Source of the DNA: Eledone cirrhosa
Lineage: Eukaryota
Length of the DNA: 63,620 nt
Direction of reading: 5' to 3'
NCBI GenBank assembly: GCA_964016885.1
Contig: CAXHJY010000577.1
Span: forward strand, 1-63,620
In this document: piece by piece, positions 57,162-63,620 of the stretch
Layout: the number at the start of each line of letters is the position of its first letter
How positions within the stretch are numbered: position 1 is the first letter of the stretch
The notes under the pieces: model-generated
Told to the model about the DNA's origin: nothing
The model's input: the letters and a program-made list of their open reading frames with translations, nothing else
Database searches by the model: none
Position numbers and translations under genes: made by a program

Positions 57162-57494
57162 GGAAGCACATGGCTTAGTGGTTAGAGCATTGGCTTTACA
57201 ATCGAAAGGTTTGAGTTCAATTCTTAGACCGGGTGATGTGTTGTTTCCTTGAGCAAGACACTTTATTTCACATTGCTCCAGTTTACTCAGCTGTAGAAAT
57301 GAGATGATAGGGACTGGGGTCCCTATCATTCCACTGCAAAGTGGTCGTGGAGGTGCCACAGCAAAAAAGCACCCAGCCCACACTGTAAATGAGGTTGGTG
57401 TTAGGAAGAGCATCCAGCTGTTAGAAATCAAGCCAGAATCAGTTCCCGTCCCACCCTTGCAAGCAGAGAAAAGCGGACGTAAAATGATGATGAT
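57162..57494 (+). mobile_element. Full-length SINE-B, tail type 1 (hairpin plus TGA-tailed module)
   Basis: A box TGGCTTAGTGG, B box GAGTTCAATTC, CORE-like body, (TGA)n end. Confidence 0.85.
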
Positions 57495-57676
57495 ATATAT
57501 ATATATATATATATAAACACACACACAAATCCCCATCAATTTATTCCAAGCTATTTTACTTAGAATTTAAAAACTTGTTTATTTAATAATAATAATAATT
57601 ATTATTTTTTTGTTTTGTTTTAAATTAACCACATGGTTTCTAATTTAGGCAGAAGGCCAAAATAATATTAATAAAA

Positions 57677-58730
57677 ATGGTGGTGGTGGTATTAGTAGTG
57701 GTGGTGGTAGTGGTGGTGGTGGTGGTGGTGGTGGTGGTGGTGGTGGTGTTGTTGGTGGTGGTGATGGTGTTGTTGGTGGTGGTGTTGTTGGTGGTGGTGT
57801 TGTTGGTGGTGGTGTTGTTGGTGATGGTGGTGGTGGTGATGGTGGTGGTGGTGTTGGTGGTGTTGTTGGTGGTGGTGTTGTTGGTGGTGGCGTTGTTGGT
57901 GGTGGCGTTGTTGGTGGTGGCGTTGTTGGTGGTGGCGTTGTTGGTGGTGGTGATGGTGGTGGTGGTGTTGTTGGTGATGGTGGTGGTGGTGGTGTTGTTG
58001 GTGATGGTGGTGGTGATGGTGGTGGTGGTGGTGGTGGTGTTGGTGGTGGTGGTGGTGGTGGTGGTGTTGTTGGTGGTGGTGGTGTTGTTGGTGGTGGTGT
58101 TGTTGGTGGTGGTGATGGTGTTGTTGGTGATGGTGGTGGTGGTGTTGTTGGTGGTGGTGATGATGGTGGTGTTGATGGTGGTGTTGGTGGTGGTGTTGGT
58201 GGTGTTGGTGGTGTTGGTGGTGTTGGTGGTGTTGGTGGTGGTGGTGTTGTTGGTGGTGGTGATGATGGTGGTGTTGATGGTGGTGTTGGTGGTGGTGTTG
58301 GTGGTGGTGTTGGTGGTGGTGGTGTTGGTGGTGGTGTTGGTGGTGGTGGTGGTGGTGGTGGTGGTGGTGTTGGTGGTGGTGGCGGTGGTGGTGGTGGTGG
58401 TGGTGGTGTTGGTGGTGGTGGCGGTGGTGGTGGTGGTGGTGGTGGTGGTGGTAGTGGTGGTGGTGGTGGTGGTATTAGTAGTGGTGGTGGTGGAGGTGGA
58501 GGCAGTGGTGGAGGCGGTGGAGGCAGTGGCGGCAGTGGAGGTGGTGGCGGTGGAGGCAGTGGAGGTGGTGGTGGTGGAGGTGGAGGAGGTGGTGGTGGAG
58601 GCAGTGGAGGAGGTGGTGGTGGAGGCAGTGGAGGAGGTGGTGGTGGAGGCAGTGGAGGTGGTGGAGGTGGTGGAGGTGGTGGAGGTGGTGGAGGTGGCGG
58701 AGGTGGTGGAGGTGGCGGAGGTGGCGGTAA
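57677..58730. repeat. Degenerate (GGT/GTT/GGA)n block
   Basis: Seen directly. Confidence 0.92.
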
Positions 58731-58826
58731 TGACCATAATAATAATAATAACAACAATTTCCATTATTTGCTACAGGGGAGCCAAATATATGCGACATTA
58801 TAAAGACATAATCGTTTATAATCTTG

Positions 58827-59447
58827 ACAAGGCCTGCAATTACTCCAGTGTATTACTGGTACTTTATTTTATCAACCACATAAGGATGAAAGACAAAGTT
58901 AACCTCGGCGAAAATTGAACTCAGCCCGTAAAGGGCCGTAACTCTATGCTGCATAGCATGGTGTTCGACGTACTACCGATACTGCCAATCCACAGAATAA
59001 TAATGGTTTCTGATTTAGGCCAACAATTTGGGGATGAGGGAAAGTTGATTATGTCCCCCCCTAGTGTATGACTGGTACTTTATTTTATCAACTGCCGTAA
59101 GGATGAAAGGTAGAGGTTAACTTTACCTTTCATCCTTACGGGGGGGGGGGGCGACAAAATAAAGTACCAGTCATACAACGGGGTGGATATAATCAACTTT
59201 CCCTTTCCACCCAAATTGTTAGCTTTGTGCCTAAACCAGAAACCATTAATAATAATAATAATAATTGTTTCTACTTTAGGCACAAGGCCAGCAATTACCC
59301 AGTGTATTACTGGTACTTTATTTTATCGACCCCGTAAGGATGAAAGGCAAAGTTAACCTCGGCGGGATTTGAACTCAGAATGGCAAGGGCCGTAACTCTA
59401 TGCGTCAAAGCATGACGTCCGAGCCTCTACCGATACTGCCAATCCAC
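58827..59447. mobile_element. SINE-A cluster of four copies, including a fold-back pair, separated by (AAT)n
   Basis: Minus copies at 58827-58993, 59000-59118 and 59265-59447; plus copy at 59119-59247. Confidence 0.85.
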
Positions 59448-59454
59448 TAATAAT

Positions 59455-59820
59455 AATGATTTCATTTATTAGCCACAAGGGCCGACATGTAGGGGACACT
59501 ACAAAGACAGGGACAGTGGGGGGTTTACAATAAGGTCGAGTAAAAGTGCACAATGGCAAGACTAATTTAACGATGGAGATATAAAAATATAAAATAAACT
59601 TTGCATAAATACAACAAAATAAATTCCCCGATAGGGGGTGGACGACCCTGGGGTGCTTCAGGTACCCCACCAATCCTGAACCACCCTGCGCTTCTAGGGC
59701 ACTCAGGGAGAGCACCCCTCTCCTCAAGTTAGCTAGCCTATAGGCGCATGGTCAGAGTAGGTCCATTCACACGAGCCATTCTCGCCACATTCACCCACCT
59801 TTTAGCAAATGTACTGGGGA
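59455..59820 (-). mobile_element. 5'-truncated LINE 3' end, probably L1/Tx1 clade
   Basis: PSTFAKRWVNVARMARVNGPTLTMRL*, then a ~280-nt 3' UTR with AATAAA; (AAT)n on both sides. The clade call rests only on the short F..RW C-terminus. Confidence 0.55.
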
Positions 59821-60014
59821 AATAATAATAATAATAATAATAATAATAATTCTGCCCCACCCTGACACCCCACCACCACCCTGACACCCCACCACCACCC
59901 TACCCCACCCTGTAAAAATACCAAACATCCTTTTGATTACATATTTTCAATTTGTTTTTCTAAAGCTCCGTTGGTGGTAGACAGTTATTTCCTTATTTGG
60001 AAGGGATAGCAACT

Positions 60015-60780
60015 ATTCCACCCCTTTACTCACACTCTCCACCCCTTACTCACACTCTCCACCCCTTTACTCACTCTCTCCACCTCTTACTCACACTCGC
60101 CACCCCCTTACTCACACTCTCCACCCCCTTACTCACACTCCACCTCTTACTCACACTCGCCACCCCCTTACTCACACTCTCCACCTCTTTATTCACTCTC
60201 TCCACCCCTTCCTCACTCTCTCCACCTCTTACTCACACTCTCCACCCCCTTACTCACACTTTCCATCTTTTTACTCACTCCCTCCACCTCCTTACTCACA
60301 CTCGCCACCCCCTTACTCACACTCGCCACCCCCTTACTCACACTCTCCATCCCTTTACTCACACTCTCCACCTCCTTACACTCTCCACCCCTTACTCGCA
60401 CTCGCCACCCCTTTACTCACACTCCACCCCCTTACTCACTCGCCACCCCTTACACTCGCCACCACCTTACTCACACTCGCCACCCTCTTACTCACACTCT
60501 CCATCCTCTTACACTCCCCACCTCCTTTACTCACACTCTCCACCCCCTTTACTCACACTCCACCTCTTACTCACACACTCCACCCCCTTTACTCACACTC
60601 CACCTCTTACTCACACTCTCCACCCCCTTACTCGCACTCTCCACCTCCTTACACACTCTCCACCCCCTTACACACTCCACCCCCTTACTCACACTCTCCA
60701 CCCTCTTACTCACACTCGCCACCTCTTACTCACACTCGCCACCTCTTACTCACACTCTCCACCCTTTACTCACACTTTCC
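60015..60780. repeat. 19-22-bp minisatellite CCACCCCCTTACTCACACTCT
   Basis: Seen directly. Confidence 0.9.
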
Positions 60781-61580
60781 AATGGAATGGCAATATTACC
60801 TAGATCAAAGATCCTGTGTGTTCTCTGCTGACATAAAACCCAGTGTTGTAATTACAGAAGGAATGGTTGGGAAATAGCTTGGAACGAGGGGAGGAAATAT
60901 GCCGGTGTGGGGGTGGCTGGAGCGCTAAACAAATAGAAGTGGAGTGCAAGAGAACATGTATATATATGTGTATATACATACATATATATACATATATATA
61001 CATATATATGTATGTATATGTGGTTGGTGTTAGGAAGGGCATCCAACTGTAGAAAACCTGCCAGACAGTCCTATGCGAGCAAGAAAATCACTCTTGCCTC
61101 AAGTGGGACTACCCCCGTCCAAACCCATGCAAGCGTGGAACACGGACGTTAAACGTTGATGATGATGATGATGATATATATGTATATAGATATACATATA
61201 TATATATGCTGCTTAAACCATTTTGTTTGTTTACCCTAGCGTCCCCTTTATTTATGTGTCCCAACGACTTTTTTTAGCCGTTGCTCGCACCAACCTGAGG
61301 TATATGGCCTTTAATGCGACGAAATGCCTATGACGGTTGGAAGGCCACTGATGAAGGACAAACCTTTTCATATGTAACCCATTTGCAGCGCCGCAGCTCC
61401 ATTATTATCATATATACATATATATATGCATGTGTGTAAGTATATATGTGTGTGTGTGTATATGTGTGTGTGTATATATGTGTGTGTGTATACATATATA
61501 TGTGTATGTATATGACACCAGGGAAAACAGGTGTTAAACTGATATAGTAATTTTCTTTTCTTTTTTCTTGGGAGAGGGGT

Positions 61581-61619
<39 letters not shown>

Positions 61620-61892
61620 AATAATAATAGTAATAATAATAATATATATATAAGCGTGAACTAATACTAACACCTTGTACTGTACTATTCGTTATTGTTT
61701 TTGTTTTAACTTTATATATATATATATATATATATAATATTATACATGTATAATATTGTTTGTGGTGTGGGAGTTACAGGTGTGTGGAACTTAACAGGTA
61801 AACAAACCCCTTAGTGTAGATATTGGCAGAGAGGTTGATAAGGTTCAGTCAGTGTTAGATCTATTTTATGTTGTATGAGAGATGGAACAGGC

Positions 61893-62463
61893 TTAGAGGT
61901 TTGTGGTTAATAATTGTTTCTACTTTATTTTATCGACCCCCGTAAAAGATGAAAGGAAAAGTTAACCTCGGCGGGATTTGAGGTTTGTGGTTAATAATTA
62001 TTTCTACTTTTGGCACAAGGCCAGCAATTATACCAGTGTATTACTGGTACTTTATTTTATCGACCCCGTAAAAGAAGGAAAGGAAAAGTTAACCTCGGCG
62101 GGATTTGAGGTTTGTGGTTAATAATTATTTCTACTTTTGGCACAAGGCCAGCAATTATACCAGTGTATTACTGGTACTTTATTTTATCGACCCCGTAAAA
62201 GATGAAAGGAAAAGTTAACCTCGGCGGGATTTGAGGTTTGTGGTTAATTGTTTCTTATATAGGCACAAGGCCAGCAATTTTGGTGGAGGGGAAAGTCGAT
62301 CAAATCGACCCCAGTGCGTGACTGGTACTTTATTTTATCGACCCCGTAAGGATGAAAGGCAAAGTTAACCTCGGCGGGATTTGAACTCAGATCATAAAGG
62401 ACCGTAACTCTATGCTGCAAAGCATCGTGTCCAGCCAGCTTCCGACACTGCCAATCCACCGCC
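61893..62463 (-). mobile_element. SINE-A preceded by three tandem copies (about 129 bp, the first shortened) of its 3' half plus flank
   Basis: GAGGTTTGTGGTTAAT...AAGTTAACCTCGGCGGGATTT is repeated. Confidence 0.8.
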
Positions 62464-62489
62464 CTAGAGTTTGAGGTTAATAATGCAAG

Positions 62490-62880
62490 CAAGGCTGTGG
62501 CTGTATGGTTTAGGAGTTCACTTTGGAAACAACATAGCTTCAGGTTTAACCCTTTAACATTTAAACAGGCTATATCTGGTCAGAATTCACTCACCTCTTC
62601 TGTTCAAACCAGCTGTAACTCGCCTCTCATATTTATGTTAAGGTATTGTTCTTAAAATAAATAATATCAAAATCTCACATTCGATATTATGTGAGGTAAA
62701 GCCTTTACCACAAAAATACAATAGTAAATATAGAGTAATGTAAATTCTGAAAGGTTAGTCCTATTGCATGGCTCCTCAGGCAAGTCCCATTCTATGATAC
62801 TATAGCTCCCAGGTTGACCAATGCCTTGAGTAAAATTTGGTAAACAGAGGTTGTAGAAGCCCATTGTGCGTGTGTGAGAC
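62490..62880 (+). mobile_element. Old tRNA/CORE-like SINE interrupted at its B box by a single-unit piggyBac-like MITE (62546-62758)
   Basis: GTGGCTGTATGG (A box)...CAGGT|TTAA-CCC MITE AAAGG-TTAG|TCC...GGCAAGTC. Confidence 0.6.
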
Positions 62881-62940
62881 CAGGGTGCAGTAGGGGCAAA
62901 TGCTCTGGGCCCCATCATCAAACTGCCTCCTCAACCGAAA

Positions 62941-63044
62941 TTATTGCAAGTGTCCGACGAACTTGCAGTTCCAGAATCAGACAAATCCACACAATGGTCG
63001 CATCTCGAGCTGTCCGCCAGCGAAACAATTGTAACACACAATAA
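62941..63044 (+). ncRNA. Type I hammerhead motif with a 61-nt stem II insert (family I, running to the TA tract at about 63152)
   Basis: TTATTG.caa.GTGT-CCGACGA-insert-GAAA-CAATTG-TA-ACAC.a.CAATAA; palindromic stem III and GUA triplet. Confidence 0.6.
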
Positions 63045-63163
63045 ATTGAGTCCAGATGCATCACTGATTTTTCATATTATATTCTATCACACTCTGCTCT
63101 GTAAGAACATAGAGTGCTCAACTGGCATACCTACCATCAGGCACATGTGTGTATATATATATA

Positions 63164-63510
63164 TATAAGATCAAGAGATGGTTAAAAGAGTTCCATGTAT
63201 GTTATTATGCGCATTACAAAAACAAATATCATCATGCGATGACATTTGCGTTTTCATCAGATAAAATAGGGAGACATGATATGAGTGTTTTTTAACCTTC
63301 ATATCATGTCTCCCTATTTTATCTGATGAAAACGCAAATGTCATCGCATGATGATATTTGTTTTTGAAATGCGCATAATAAAATACATGGAACTCTTTTA
63401 ACCATCTTTTGATCTTATATTATGTATACTCCAGTCCTACAAACTGTAGAGTGCTTCTTATCCGCTATCTGCATTGCTTTATTGTACTACAATAAAACTC
63501 ATCTCCTACA
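63164..63510 (+). mobile_element. Family A fold-back element, second copy
   Basis: Arms at about 63164-63284 and 63299-63420, 14-nt spacer, tail homologous to 21878-21963. Confidence 0.85.
63315..63385 (+). ncRNA. Type I hammerhead ribozyme
   Basis: TATTTTAT-CTGATGA-(11-bp CAAATGTCATC/GATGATATTTG stem, GCAT loop)-GAAA-TGCGCA-TA-ATAAAATA. Confidence 0.85.
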
Positions 63511-63620
63511 TATATATATATATAAGGTATAGCCGGTACTATTCGAGTTGTTTGAGGCAATCACAAAGCACTCAATGAAGTGAGAAAATCTATTATCATC
63601 CAGAGTAAACACAAAAGAGG

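Noticed and set aside
57640-58918. Mucin-, extensin- or poly-Val-like ORFs (also 36136-36876, 43835-45016, 46005-46686)
   Set aside because: Trinucleotide repeats are open in several frames on both strands.
61340-61375. CTGATGA-AGG-acaaa-CCT in a TA-flanked island
   Set aside because: No GAAA or stem III follows; at best a truncated remnant.

Overview
Non-coding, extremely repeat-dense animal genomic DNA, probably intergenic or deep-intronic. The SINE sequences resemble octopod cephalopod SINEs as I recall them; that is an inference, not a database result. I can support no host protein-coding gene. Nearly all listed ORFs are read-throughs of microsatellites or minisatellites, and the only real coding signals are dead transposon fragments (RTE, CR1, R4/Dong and Tx1-like LINE C-termini, and a DD37D/maT transposase). 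The most interesting signal is a set of about eight mutually dissimilar short element families sitting in (TA)n tracts. Five of these families (A, B, C, D, I) carry type I hammerhead ribozyme motifs or halves of them, usually with palindromic stem III loops. Several are fold-back palindromes that leave an unpaired 3' tail of about 75-90 nt, and they share a GAGYRC motif 40-67 nt from the 3' end. They look like non-autonomous Penelope-like retroelement termini. The second theme is in-situ tandem amplification of TE fragments into minisatellites (100, 61, 74, 72 and 48 bp units, two with nascent dimeric higher-order repeats). The third is a putative Tx1-like LINE / tRNA-SINE pair that shares a 3' end and an (ATT)n target. 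Coordinates were counted by eye and may be off by a few bases.
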